Assembly: GCF_037042905.1 (NCBI RefSeq)
Contig: NC_087252.1
Coordinates: 10,232,001 to 10,296,000 of the forward strand
Length of the DNA: 64,000 nt
Reading direction: 5' to 3'
Origin: Lytechinus pictus
Taxonomy: Eukaryota
In this document: positions 1 through 10,913 of the stretch, in pieces
How positions within the stretch are numbered: position 1 is the first letter of the stretch
Layout: the number at the start of each line of letters is the position of its first letter
The notes under the pieces: model-generated
What the model was told of the DNA's origin: nothing
Databases searched by the model: none
The model's input: only the letters and a program-made list of their open reading frames with translations
Made by a program: the position numbers and the translations under genes

Positions 1-402
1 TTTCCCTTTTGGCATTCCTGACTTCAATAGTGTCGATGAAATATTGTCTAGTTATCATTCTCTTGTTTCTGATTTGTTACATTAAAAATCATCTGTTGCT
101 GGTAGTAAGATGTTTAACTGAACCATTCGCTGTAAAATGATGACGTGTCACTTATTCCATCGCAATCATGGCAACAGTCAAACATAATGTATTTTTATTA
201 GTTCTCACCTAATTGTTTATAAAACATAAATATACAAAACAAAACAGATCAGAGAATAGTAGCATAACATGCCCAAATCAAAAATAAAGTACTTATATTA
301 ATCGATATCTAAAATTTAGGGTAAAGCAAACACTTACAACCCCAAATTAAACGCTTAAGACATTGGACATATTAATAAATAATAATAAGCATTAATTTAT
401 AT

Positions 403-437
403 AGCGCAGCTTTTATATGGATATATTCAGCTGCGCT
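403..437 (-). other. 3' terminal stem-loop of the L2 element (putative RT recognition structure)
   Basis: 9-bp stem AGCGCAGCT (403-411)/AGCTGCGCT (429-437) immediately before TATAAAT and the tail. Confidence 0.75.
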
Positions 438-479
438 TGTTCAGAGCTCTTTTTACTTATGTCTACACAGCATATTTTC

Positions 480-3400
480 TTAACTAAAGAGATATGTTTT
501 TAATTTTGATTTGAAGATAGTCAAGGATGGAGAGCTTCTTATATCAATTGGCAGGCTATTCCATAGTTTGGGGGCAGCAATTGCAAATGCACGATCACCA
601 AGTGTGACTTTTGTTTTGTGAAATGGGATCTGAAACAATAATTTATCTGTGGAACTTCGCAGGCTTCGACTGTATGATTGGGTTTTAAGTTTGAGTAATT
701 CTGTAATGTAATGTGGGGCTTGACCGATTAATGACTTATATACAATTAACAGAATTTTGAATGAAATTCTTTGACGTACAGGCAACCAGTGGAGTTCTCT
801 CAGAAGAGGTGTAGTGGAACTGAACTTTGGAACACGATAGATAAGTCTTGCACATGAATTTTGGACTCTTTGTAACTTAGAAATGAGACTATCAGGCATT
901 CCAAACAACAAACCATTGCAGTAATCAAGCTTACTTGTAATCAGAGCATGTGCCACCAGTTTGATGCTTTCTTGATCAAAGTATTTGCGAATGCGCCGAA
1001 GGTTATAGAGGAGATAATATGTTGATTTGCATACATTAGTGACCTGGGTTTCCATATTGAGGTTTGTATCAAAATAAACTCCTAAATTCCTTGCAGTATC
1101 AGATGGTTTGACATTGGATACTCCAATTTTTATACAGTTGATATTAATTTTAGAGATCTGCTGTGAGGTGCCGATGAGCAAAAATTCACTTTTGCTATCA
1201 TTTAATTTCAGATTATTGTTGAGCATCCAGCTACGAATGAAACAGATACATCGTTCCAGCCTTGAAACACTTGTGTCTGCAGAGGTAGAAGATGGCCTAA
1301 AAGATATATACAATTGTGTGTCATCAGCATAACAATGACAAGAAACTTCAGGAAAATTATTCTGAGTGCTATTAATAAGGCTACTTGTGTATAATGCAAA
1401 AAGCAATGGACCGAGTCGTGAGCCCTGGGGCACGCCAAAAGGTACTGGGAAAGAATCTGAGACAGTACCATCAATAACAACTTTTTGATGCCGATCAGAC
1501 AAGTATGACTTGATCCAGTTGAGAGCAACACCATTGATACCGAAACAGTTATGCAAAATTTCCAAAAGTCTGGTGTGGTCTATAGTATCAAATGCGCTAC
1601 TTAAGTCTAGTAATACTAGAAGAGTGACTTTCTGATTGTCCATTGCCATCAGAATATCACTCTTAATCCTAAGTAGCGCAGTTTCTGTACTATGATATTG
1701 TCTATATGCGGATTGGTTAGATGGAAGAAGTGAATTGCTATTGAGGAACTGTAAGATTTGTTGAGTGGCTGCACCTTCTACCAATTTTGAAATATATTGT
1801 AAGTTGCTTACAGGTCTTAGATTACAGAATTCAGGATCTAGACCTGGCTTTTTCAAAAGAGGTGAAACTAGGGCTATTTTCCATTCATTAGGAAAATGAC
1901 CTGTAGACAGGGAGATATTGATCATAGACGTAAAAACAGGAAGTATAACATCAATATGTTGCATAATAATATTTGTTGGAAGTGGATCAGCAGAGCAAGA
2001 CTTCTTAGTGAGCTTCATTACAAGTTGCCTTACTTCTCGTTCTGATAAAAGTTTAAATTTATCAAACCTAATATTTTCGGGTGCTGGAGATAGACCAGAT
2101 GAATCAGTATCAATACCATCAATCAAATTTATATTGGATTGAATATCACTATGAATACTAAGAACCTTATCATGAAAGAATTTTCCTATGTCATTCACAA
2201 ATGTCATCCTATCAATGTTACATGGCACCACTGGATGTTTGTTTGAGACATTCAGCAGAGATTTAACAACGGTGAACAAGCCTTTGACGTCATCCTTGTT
2301 ACGTGCTATCAAGTCTTTGTGATAGGTTTTGTGAGCAGCATTTAAAACATATAAAGCTGTGTTACGAGTTTTCTTATACTCGTTCAGACATTGATCGGTT
2401 CTTGTTCTGTGCCATTTCTTCTCTGCTTTACGTCTCTGCCTTTTTGCTTCTCGGACCTCGTCTGTATACCATGGTACATGAGGGCGAGCAACTACTCGCT
2501 TCAAAACCAAGGGAGCATGCTTATCTAAGAGGTTTCTGAGTGTGATATCATACAAGTTTGCCAATTCAGAAATATCTTGTGATACATGTACATTTCTACA
2601 TAGCATACTATCTGCAAGCTCTTTGTTAAACACTGTATTGTTAATACGGGAGTATTTACGATACGACACAATCTTGTCAGTCAAAATTGGTTTACATGTG
2701 TTGAGATGGCACATGACTGGAATATGATCTGAAATAAGATATTTACATGGCCATGGCTGACCAACGATTACATCGTCAGATTGGCGACAAATAAGGAGGT
2801 CAAGCGTGTGACCTTGAGAATGAGTACTAAAATTTACAAACTGAGTACAACAGAGTGATTCAAGAAGATTTTTAAATGACTTTGATTCTGTTGAGTTTAC
2901 ATCGACTTGGATGTTAAAATCACCAGTTATTAAGAGTGGAACATTGGACAGTAGGTGATCTTGGATGTATTCGTTAAATTGTGAAAGAAATGATGCAACA
3001 GACACTGGATGAGACTCTGAATATGGGGGTCTGTACACATTAATCAATTTAAGATGAAACAATTTGCATACAATATCATACTCGGCAAACTCAAATGATT
3101 CCTTCTGACCAGCGGCAACCTGACGAGCATCGATAGGATTTTTGAAGAGAAGACCTGTACCCCCGCCACGGCGACCAGTCCTTGGTTGATGGAGAAACCG
3201 ATATCCAGCGGGAACAAACTCTTGCAGTACTGCAGAGTCGTTCTCAGTCAACCAAGTCTCCGTGAGCGTAACTAAATCAGCTTTACTTTCGTTGACAAAG
3301 TCATTGATCGCGATTGTTTTGTTACGAACAGAGCGTACATTGATGGAGCAAAGTTGAAGACAGTCTAATTGTGATGAAGTTCTGCTTGATGTTTGCTTTG

Positions 3401-3848
3401 CATGTTGAAGACTATTCCTTTTTCTTCCTCCTCGAGTTCCCCGCCTGATTTTCCTGTGCATCGTCTTCTGAATTCCATATGATGTAATTGCTTGGCATAC
3501 ATGATGTGGAAGAGGTGCGACAAAGTCTCTCCATAGACAGAGTTCAGTTGGAGTGTACTTGAAGACAGCATCGGGATGATCATGAAGACGTCTTGTAGCA
3601 TGTAGAGTGTCATCGTGTAGCTTGTCTGGGCCGGGGTTAGGCTGGACATCGCCGGCATGAAGCAGTTCCAACTGAAAGGAGGCATTGCTGTTTGCACTAT
3701 ATGGGATCCTCCTTTTAAGAAAATGTTTTCTAGTGAAAAGTTTACAACCCAAAGGAAGTACAATGGTATGTCCACTGCAGTCCACAAAGTCAATAGCACT
3801 AGCAGAGTAGCACAGAAGGATGAATAGTCCCAGATGAACAGCCTGCAT
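480..3848 (-). CDS. LINE ORF2-type polyprotein (1122 aa): signal-like peptide, 2A-like motif, apurinic-like endonuclease, reverse transcriptase
   Basis: APE motifs SINVRS, LTETWL, VYRPP, GDFN, GHTLDL, SDHIPV. RT motifs LLDLSSAFDTIDH, GVPQGSRLGP, CYADDTQLY. C-terminal LHWLPVRQRISFK typical of L2. No stops or frameshifts. Confidence 0.97.
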   Translation of the reverse strand: MQAVHLGLFILLCYSASAIDFVDCSGHTIVLPLGCKLFTRKHFLKRRIPYSANSNASFQLELLHAGDVQPNPGPDKLHDDTLHATRRLHDHPDAVFKYTPTELCLWRDFVAPLPHHVCQAITSYGIQKTMHRKIRRGTRGGRKRNSLQHAKQTSSRTSSQLDCLQLCSINVRSVRNKTIAINDFVNESKADLVTLTETWLTENDSAVLQEFVPAGYRFLHQPRTGRRGGGTGLLFKNPIDARQVAAGQKESFEFAEYDIVCKLFHLKLINVYRPPYSESHPVSVASFLSQFNEYIQDHLLSNVPLLITGDFNIQVDVNSTESKSFKNLLESLCCTQFVNFSTHSQGHTLDLLICRQSDDVIVGQPWPCKYLISDHIPVMCHLNTCKPILTDKIVSYRKYSRINNTVFNKELADSMLCRNVHVSQDISELANLYDITLRNLLDKHAPLVLKRVVARPHVPWYTDEVREAKRQRRKAEKKWHRTRTDQCLNEYKKTRNTALYVLNAAHKTYHKDLIARNKDDVKGLFTVVKSLLNVSNKHPVVPCNIDRMTFVNDIGKFFHDKVLSIHSDIQSNINLIDGIDTDSSGLSPAPENIRFDKFKLLSEREVRQLVMKLTKKSCSADPLPTNIIMQHIDVILPVFTSMINISLSTGHFPNEWKIALVSPLLKKPGLDPEFCNLRPVSNLQYISKLVEGAATQQILQFLNSNSLLPSNQSAYRQYHSTETALLRIKSDILMAMDNQKVTLLVLLDLSSAFDTIDHTRLLEILHNCFGINGVALNWIKSYLSDRHQKVVIDGTVSDSFPVPFGVPQGSRLGPLLFALYTSSLINSTQNNFPEVSCHCYADDTQLYISFRPSSTSADTSVSRLERCICFIRSWMLNNNLKLNDSKSEFLLIGTSQQISKININCIKIGVSNVKPSDTARNLGVYFDTNLNMETQVTNVCKSTYYLLYNLRRIRKYFDQESIKLVAHALITSKLDYCNGLLFGMPDSLISKLQRVQNSCARLIYRVPKFSSTTPLLRELHWLPVRQRISFKILLIVYKSLIGQAPHYITELLKLKTQSYSRSLRSSTDKLLFQIPFHKTKVTLGDRAFAIAAPKLWNSLPIDIRSSPSLTIFKSKLKTYLFS
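3627..3710 (-). other. 2A-like (StopGo) ribosomal skipping sequence RIPYSANSNASFQLELLHAGDVQPNPG|P
   Basis: 3650-3627 reads GAT GTC CAG CCT AAC CCC GGC CCA = DVQPNPGP, matching D(V/I)ExNPGP except E>Q, preceded by the usual LLxxG context; upstream of the APE domain. Confidence 0.85.
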
Positions 3849-4556
3849 TGTGGATTATTTCAGTCTAGGCATTCAAGTTCATTGAAGTAAACAGTGCACA
3901 ATAGCTACACAGTAAGGTATATTGATGCATAGAGGTGCATACATACAACATGGATGTTTACATACTATGTAAGCATAGACAACCACCAAAAAAGTAACTT
4001 CGAAAATACACATGAAATCATCAAATAATAAACTTACAAATTACCCAGCTGATGCCATGCAACTTACATATTCACTTAGTAACAATATAAAGATCATATG
4101 CAACAGAATAAAGTAATTAAGAGCTCCTAACTGGAGAGCCGCAAAAGCATGTGTACATGCTCATGCGCTCATCCTATAATGAAATATATTTTTCAATACA
4201 TTTTAGTGAGTTCCTTCCATAAACAACTGGCACGTAGCCTATATGTTCATTGTTATCTTCTGGCAGCCATTTAAAACTCAGAAGAGTTTCGATGAATTTA
4301 GCCTCCTTCAGCCTTAGTTTGAATTTATGTCTCTTTCTGTAAATTTGTGCGTAATTTGGAAGTCAAACAATCTTGAATATAATTATTTCGCTTAAAGAGA
4401 CATTAAATCTAAATTTGTGTCTAGCAGAACCGGTTGCTAGCTATCGTTTGATATTTTTGTTTGTTGGCTCTTTTTTATTAAAGATCACGCGTTCCCAAGT
4501 ACCCAGCAAGACATTGAATAAATATGAACAAATCAAACAAGCATAACAATAGCGCA

Positions 4557-4992
4557 AAAATTTCATCAAATATTGGAGGCCACGAGTAACGATATTTAGA
4601 GAACTAATGATATATCGCACTCTCAACTTCTGTCTGTATGTATTTCATAATAGGTATAAGTACAGAATATTCCATCAAAAGGTTTATATCGACCGAAATC
4701 GTATGCATAATATGCGCCATTGTATACATAATCGGTGCTCCATGAATACTATAATTACCGTAATTTTAAAAATTTAAAAATTTCATCAAATATTGGAGGC
4801 CACGAGTAACGATATTTAGAGAACTAATGATATATCGCACTCTCAACTTCTGTCTGTATGTATTTCATAATAGGTATAAGTACAGAATATTCCATCAAAA
4901 GGTTTATATCGACCGAAATCGTATGCATAATATGCGCCATTGTATACATAATCGGTGCTCCATGAATACTATAATTACCGTAATTTTAAAAA
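4557..4992. repeat. Perfect tandem duplication, 220-bp period
   Basis: 4557-4772 and 4777-4992 read identically (tttcatcaaatattggaggcc...accgtaattttaaaaa). Confidence 0.95.
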
Positions 4993-5152
4993 GTGTATAC
5001 ATAGTTAATATTTTGAAAACAAGAACGATAAGAATCATGTGTTTTATTGTTTGATTATTCTCACTATGAATGAACACCTAATATCTAACAATAGTGGGTT
5101 AATTTTTTGACTTCGGTAATAAAGATACTCTTCACTCATTGAAACGAAACTC

Positions 5153-5309
5153 ATACCCAGTCACATTGGCTCTTTATACGGCGGCCGCACGTATGGCGAG
5201 TGAAAAGAGCCGATTAAAAAATGCACCAGCTACATATGGATGGTGTGAATGAGATTGAAGAAAAATCGACTCGCCCTACGGCCGCCGTAGAGCAAATGTG
5301 ACTGAGGTA
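5153..5309. mobile_element. MITE family M1 (ATACCTCGGTCACATTTGCTCTACGGCGGCC-type TIR), diverged copy
   Basis: Terminal inverted repeats; similar to 8371-8534 and 51127-51290. Confidence 0.8.
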
Positions 5310-5319
5310 ATAGTAATAG

Positions 5320-5514
5320 TCACGGCGTGTTTTCCTTCAGCAAGAAATTTATCCACACTGATGCGCTCGACCAGGTGAGGTGAATGGGTACCCGGCAGGA
5401 TTAATTCCTTGCATGTACTGAGCGACGATGATGGTAGCTCGAGTTAAAGCTGGGATAATAATAGCAGCGCTTTGTATCCTCTGGCAAAAAGCGCTTTATA
5501 AATCCAACTACTAC

Positions 5515-5545
<31 letters not shown>
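5320..5545 (+). mobile_element. 5'-truncated SINE with conserved core and L2-type 3' tail, ending in (CTA)n/(TAG)n
   Basis: Core CCAGGTGAGGTGAATGGGTACCCGGC resembles conserved deuterostome SINE cores (from memory); tail AGCGCTTT...AAAGCGCT-TTATAAAT followed by a microsatellite. Confidence 0.7.
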
Positions 5546-5546
<1 letters not shown>

Positions 5547-5895
5547 AATGACGCGTCCAACGATGAATCAGACTACCTTTACATCTTTGAGAAAATGAAC
5601 AATATATATGTTTTCAGTGTTGTTTGATATTAAATAGGTAATGTACAAGTGTGTATTATCATCGGCTTACTAAAGGGCATTGCATCATTCATGTACATGT
5701 CATTTCTGTGGAAATTAAAGAAATAAAAATAATGTAATACTGTATGTCTCAAACTTCACATTCAAATTTGATGGAATTAAAGTGTTTTTATTTACGTTCA
5801 TACCTGCTACTTTTCTTCTTTTTGCCGGGGTATGCTTAAACCTGAACAACTTAATGGTATGTTATTGGAATAGCATGTATAATTATATGTCTGTC

Positions 5896-6163
5896 AGGGC
5901 AAACATTTTACGATTTATCCTATCGACTTCAATTATATATGGAATTCCACCGACGTCATAATTTTTTCTTAACAGGAAATTTGTACGATGACCTTCCTAA
6001 ACAAAAAGAAGCACATTGAATTTTCAAGAAGACGATGAATAAATAAATGTACATCGTGTACAGAAAATATTTTGAACTAACATGCAGTTTAGATGTTGAC
6101 GTTGCTGGCGTTCCATAATTGTGGTTGATCGGATCAATCGCAATTCTTTGTGATGCGGGGCCC
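5896..6163. mobile_element. MITE family M2 (GGGCCC...GATCAATCGCAAC), decayed copy
   Basis: Colinear similarity to 6404-6668 and 28938-30249. Confidence 0.7.
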
Positions 6164-6297
6164 CTGGACTCGCATTCGTCTGTGTATGTATATATCTTGA
6201 GCTCATTCCGTACAGTGTAAATGTGTTGTATTAGTTTTACACTTGTGAAATGGCTACAAAAAAAAAATCATATTATAAATCTTGATTGCTTACTAAC

Positions 6298-6349
6298 CTG
6301 TCTGAGACAAGGCGATGACGGTGAATACCAGTAGACCCAAGGAACGCAT
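6298..6349 (-). CDS. Signal-peptide exon (MRSLGLLVFTVIALSQT+G) of a secreted/GPI protein, probably a third Ly6/three-finger paralog; downstream exons not found in the window
   Basis: Acceptor ttttccag 4 nt before the ATG, hydrophobic 17-codon stretch, phase-1 donor G|gttagt; same architecture as the first coding exons of the two Ly6 genes. Confidence 0.65.
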
Positions 6350-6403
6350 CTTGCTGGAAAACAAACGATTGCTCTGATAGGTTATTTGTCAATTACATGT
6401 ACA

Positions 6404-6668
6404 GGGCCCCATCTTACAACGAGTTACGATTGATCTAATCAATCGTAACTCTATGGAAATCCATCAGTGTCATAATTTTTCTACATGAAATGTGCAAAAT
6501 GTTCTTTGTAAATAAAAGAGAACGCACCGAACCGTCATGAAATCAATGAAGTTAAGGATATTCATTCATATCTAGAGGGAAAAAAATTGAGTAAACATGC
6601 ACTGTATATGTAGACTTTGCTGGCTTTCCATAATTGCGATCAATCGCAACTCTTTGTAAGACGGGCCC
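6404..6668. mobile_element. MITE family M2
   Basis: TIRs gggccccatcttacaacgagttacgattgatc / gatcaatcgcaactctttgtaagacgggccc. Confidence 0.85.
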
Positions 6669-6928
6669 ATGAATTACTGGTCTACATCCCCTCATTCTAC
6701 TTCCCATTTTTGGTCTCATCGCACATGGTCTGATCAAATTTTTATTCATGAGTTCGTCTACTATCCATTTCGTCTAACTTCCATTTAGCCCATTCTCTAT
6801 TTCGTCTAATTTCCGGTTAGGTTATCTCGATCATGTATCGATTTCGTCTAATAACCACTTGGCCAAACGCCACTTAGTCTAAATGGCTAGATGAATTGGT
6901 AATCATATAAGAAATTAAGGTATACGTA

Positions 6929-7097
6929 CACTCTATAAAAAATGGAGTGTTAATTTAGCACTTAATGTCCTTGTATAGGGACTGCACTTTGAGTGCTGAT
7001 TTTTTTTAATTCAAATTTGAATGTCTAAACCAGCACTCAAAGTGCAGTCACTATGCAAGGACATTAAGTGATGAATTAGCATTTCATTTTTAAAGTG
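6929..7097. mobile_element. Palindromic MITE family M3 (CACTCT...AGTG, TA TSD) inserted in an older repeat (~6740-7230)
   Basis: Long imperfect arms, flanked by TA; same family as 29197-30236. Confidence 0.8.
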
Positions 7098-8370
7098 TAC
7101 GTAGACATGGCGGAGGGAGTGTAGCTTAGACCAAATGGCAATCATACCAATATAGGGCTTTCCCTTTGTCATTTTTGTGGTATGCATGTGAGAAGAAGAC
7201 CAAATGCTTGTAGAGGAAACGAAAATTAACCTTTTGAATGATATAATTGATGGATTAAAAAATCAGCACGGTCGAGTCGGTTATATCATGTTCTTATATT
7301 TTCCATTTAATATCTGGCCGACCTCAACTTTCCTCGGGTAAATCGGCCAGATCCCTCAGCTTAAATAAAGTCCGAGTGCTCTAAGTTAAGTTTATAAGGA
7401 ATTTATACGGTACATGTACGCCAGCTACGTGTCGGTACACTGACAACGTCCAGGTTTTGATCTCGAACTTGAGCTGTAAAAATCAAAGTAGGGAGCTGCT
7501 TCACAAAGTTGCTCGTCGCGTTTTTAAACTTGATTAAAAAAACAACCGCAACAAGGAAAGTTATAACTTTTTTAAGCCAATAAATCCGAAGTTAGAAATA
7601 AAAATATTGTATTAATGTCTGTATGGCCACAATTTCAATGCACAGTTTACATGGTATATCGGCTGTAATAATTCAAATGAAAGCGCTCGAGTACGCATAC
7701 GCGTTCTAAGAACAACACTACGAATTTATACAAAACTTTATAAGTCGCTAATTACTCTCACACTGACATGTACCTTAAAAACATAATATACGTGTTGTCT
7801 GGTACTTACATTCAATTAGGTGATTGAGAAACAACCTAGATGTAGGTGATAATGCTTTTTTGAAAGTTTCAGCTTTGTCAGAGAGTCAAATACTAACCGA
7901 AACCTGAAAATAGTCTGCAAATTCAAATATTCATCATGTTTATTTATAGGAAGGTAAATATGGAAATATCAGGGGGATAGGTAAGGGGTGTATTGTGCTG
8001 GCAGCATTTCAAGGGGGGTCGTGAAATTATTATTTCAAGAGGCAACCCCGAACAAGTGGTTTTATAAATGTGTTTTTTATGTAATATATATAATTGCCCA
8101 GCTTATTCGTCATTATTGTTTTTAGGGGTCACTTTAGAATTTGAGAGAAAATGGGGTACGGGCTTCCAGAACCCATTTGCAATTCACCCCAACGTCACTT
8201 TATCATGCCACCTCCATGTTGGTTGAAAGGGGTCACAAGTGCCTCAGTTGACGTCATATTAAAATATACTTAACTCTGCAAATATTAGCCTTCGTATTCT
8301 CGTGATTTCTTTCTCTATTCCACTTTTTTTTTAAATAACATCCCATAACTCTCTCACAACTTACAAAGTA

Positions 8371-8534
8371 ATACCTCGGTCACATTTGCTCTACGGCGGC
8401 CGTACGGCGAGTCGAAAACAGCCGTTTTAACATTTTTTGTACCAGTTACATATAGGTGGTTTGAATTAAAATGAATAAAACGGCTGTTTTCGACTCGCCG
8501 TACGGCCGCCGTAGAGCAAGTGTGACCAAGGTAT
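8371..8534. mobile_element. MITE family M1, well-preserved copy
   Basis: ~58-bp near-perfect TIRs, TA on both sides. Confidence 0.9.
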
Positions 8535-9175
8535 TAGTAAACCAGAATAAACTTTCTTTTCGAACGGGAACATGAACCTCAAATTTCAAGCTCTGTACGG
8601 TGTTGAAAAGACCGATAGATGGCTATTCCCATGATGATGCTTCATCATAATAATCTACTTAATGAGACAGTTTGAAATGGGATTAGTTATTGATCGGCAA
8701 GGTCATGCGACCGGGGACGTCAACGGTTGATGGGTAAATGTTAGAAACTCATACCCCCAGAAGGAGGTCATTACAAAGCCACACACACACACAACAAACA
8801 CCGTTAGTGAATGAAAGCAATGAACAAATGAAGCAAAAATGATGATAACATTGGATAAATTCTCAATTTATTTAAAGAAATTGTTCATGGCTGTCAGGAT
8901 AATCTCTGAAAAATCTCGTATTGGATAGGTTACATTATTATTGCCTATACCTGATTCCGACTATCACGATTTGCGCCGATGATTCACACGGCGTACTTAA
9001 TCGTGGAGAAGTCGTATTGACCTCATCAGATCATATATAATAAGATACATCAGTCGTGGTAATCGTATTGATCGCGGAAATTTTTTTTGAATGGCTCAAC
9101 AAATTATCGCGATCAGCTACGAAAGAGCAATCTTCAAGGATCATATGACAGGTATAATACCTCGTTCCAACTATA

Positions 9176-10163
9176 CAGTACGTATCAAAAAAGATTTACA
9201 CTTTGAAAAAGCACTGGGAATTGAAAAATATACAATATCTGGGTAATGTTTTCACATATAATTTTAGGTTTGGGTCTCATCTATCCAATGAAAGTAAAAG
9301 TTTTGACAGAATGTTACACTTGAGTGAGCACTTTCCATTTTTGTAAAGCTCGCAGAAATCTGTTTGCGCAGAAATGCTAGTTTTCACGCTGTGTCAAGGG
9401 GAAAAAGCAATATCAAATTTACCCTGCGAAACATTTTTTATACATTTTCCTTGCACTTTTAGTCATTTGAAATAACACAGATACATTCATTCAAGCGTTT
9501 TGTAACAATTTTGCCACCCATATTGAAGTTTCAACACTTAGTAACCACAACCTTCACCCTTTTTGTGCCAGCTGGATCTGAGGACATAACTAAATCTGAA
9601 CAAAAATTTATATCAGACATCTATAGCATTTTGTCACTAAGTTTTTATCATTAAAAGTGGGTTTACATTTCATTTGTTATTCAATACTTGTTTCTCCACA
9701 CCTTTTCCAAGCTTGACAATGGTTAACAAAATGAAAGTCAAGCCTAAGCCATTTCACGTAAATCACAGCTCAGTGTAAAGCAAATATCGTCACGATTGCC
9801 TCGGTGTGTGGGGGAGTGGGGTAGGGCGCAATGCACTTTTCGAAGTGTTTTGGGCAAGGAAACAACTTTAAAAAGGTAAAAGATATCTTTAAATCAATTT
9901 TACTAGCTAAATTCAACGTGTTCTTCATGATTAAGGTCACTTTTATTCGCATAACTATTTCAAAGTTATGCGCATGTAATTTTCATTAACTTTTCAAAAG
10001 TAAGTGGTGCTCACTCAAGCGGAAATATTTTTCGACAGTTATATCGTCATTTGCTTAAATGGATCTGTACCAATATTAAAATGTGGAAAAATCTTCATAA
10101 TATTACAAATGTATAAATTTACAGGATTTTTTATAAGTGTAAACTTTTTTTTGATACGCACTG
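9176..10163. mobile_element. Non-autonomous Tc1/mariner-type DNA transposon
   Basis: TA|CAGTACGTATCAAAAAAGATTTACACTT ... AAGTGTAAACTTTTTTTTGATACGCACTG|TA; inverted inner motif TTGAGTGAGCAC; no transposase ORF. Confidence 0.85.
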
Positions 10164-10507
10164 TAGTGCGATCCTTCACGAACGTGGCGCCAACTTCCGT
10201 GACAGTTGGACAAGGGTATAAGCGATTGACTATGAAGGTGTTGTTCTTTATGTTGTTTAAAGGATCAAACACACTATACGGGGCCCTGATGAAAAGGATT
10301 TCAAATTTGCTCTCAGCGGGATGTTTTCTTTCATTACGTTTGATAAAGCTTCAGGGAGGAAATAACTTATTGGTAAGCCCTTTTCACAAATGGTGACGTG
10401 ACTGCTTATAACCGTTGCGATTGTGTGCAACATATATCGTGACCGAATGATCGCAAACGATCGCAGGAGCAATTGTGAAAGCCCCTTAAGAAAGAGATTG
10501 CACTCAA

Positions 10508-10913
10508 AGGGGAAGTTCACCCTGACGAAAATTGTATTGTGAAAATAGCAGAAAATAAATATTGAAAAAAATTGGTAAAGGTTTTTGGAAAATTTATCAA
10601 AATAAAAAAAACACTTTACGAATGTATATACATATTTCGTAAAGGTTTTTAGAAAATTATAAGAAGTTTATTTTTTTTTTCATTTGTGACGTCACATAGG
10701 AGCAGCTTTCCATAAAAAAATAATAATGAAATTTCATTTAAAAAATAAAATAAAATGAATTTTACCGTACTTTAACTACATCAACAGACAACTCATTTTA
10801 CACCCACTCCTTAAAGGAAAAAAAAGTCATCACGGATAATCAAAACACTGGCCTTTTTTTTACTATTTTTCTGATATTTTTACAAAACAAAATGTCAGGG
10901 TGAATGATCCCCT
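10508..10913. mobile_element. TTAA-type (Kolobok-like) non-autonomous element, family K1
   Basis: AGGGGAAGTTCACCCTGAC...GTCAGGGTGAATGATCCCCT; similar to 26438-26862 and 37495-37984. Confidence 0.75.

Larger units (their letters stand above)
371..4170 (-). mobile_element. Apparently full-length L2-clade non-LTR retrotransposon (single ORF, ~320 bp 5' UTR, 3' stem-loop and (TAT)n-like tail)
   Basis: Intact APE+RT ORF; short 3' UTR ending GCGCAGCT...AGCTGCGCTATATAAAT...TTATTATTATT on the minus strand, typical of L2 tails. 5' boundary approximate; no clear TSD found. Confidence 0.88.

Noticed and set aside
1108..3799. Short ORFs overlapping the LINE ORF (including 3365-3799, 144 aa)
   Set aside because: Alternative-frame or antisense shadows with no recognisable ORF1 or other motif.
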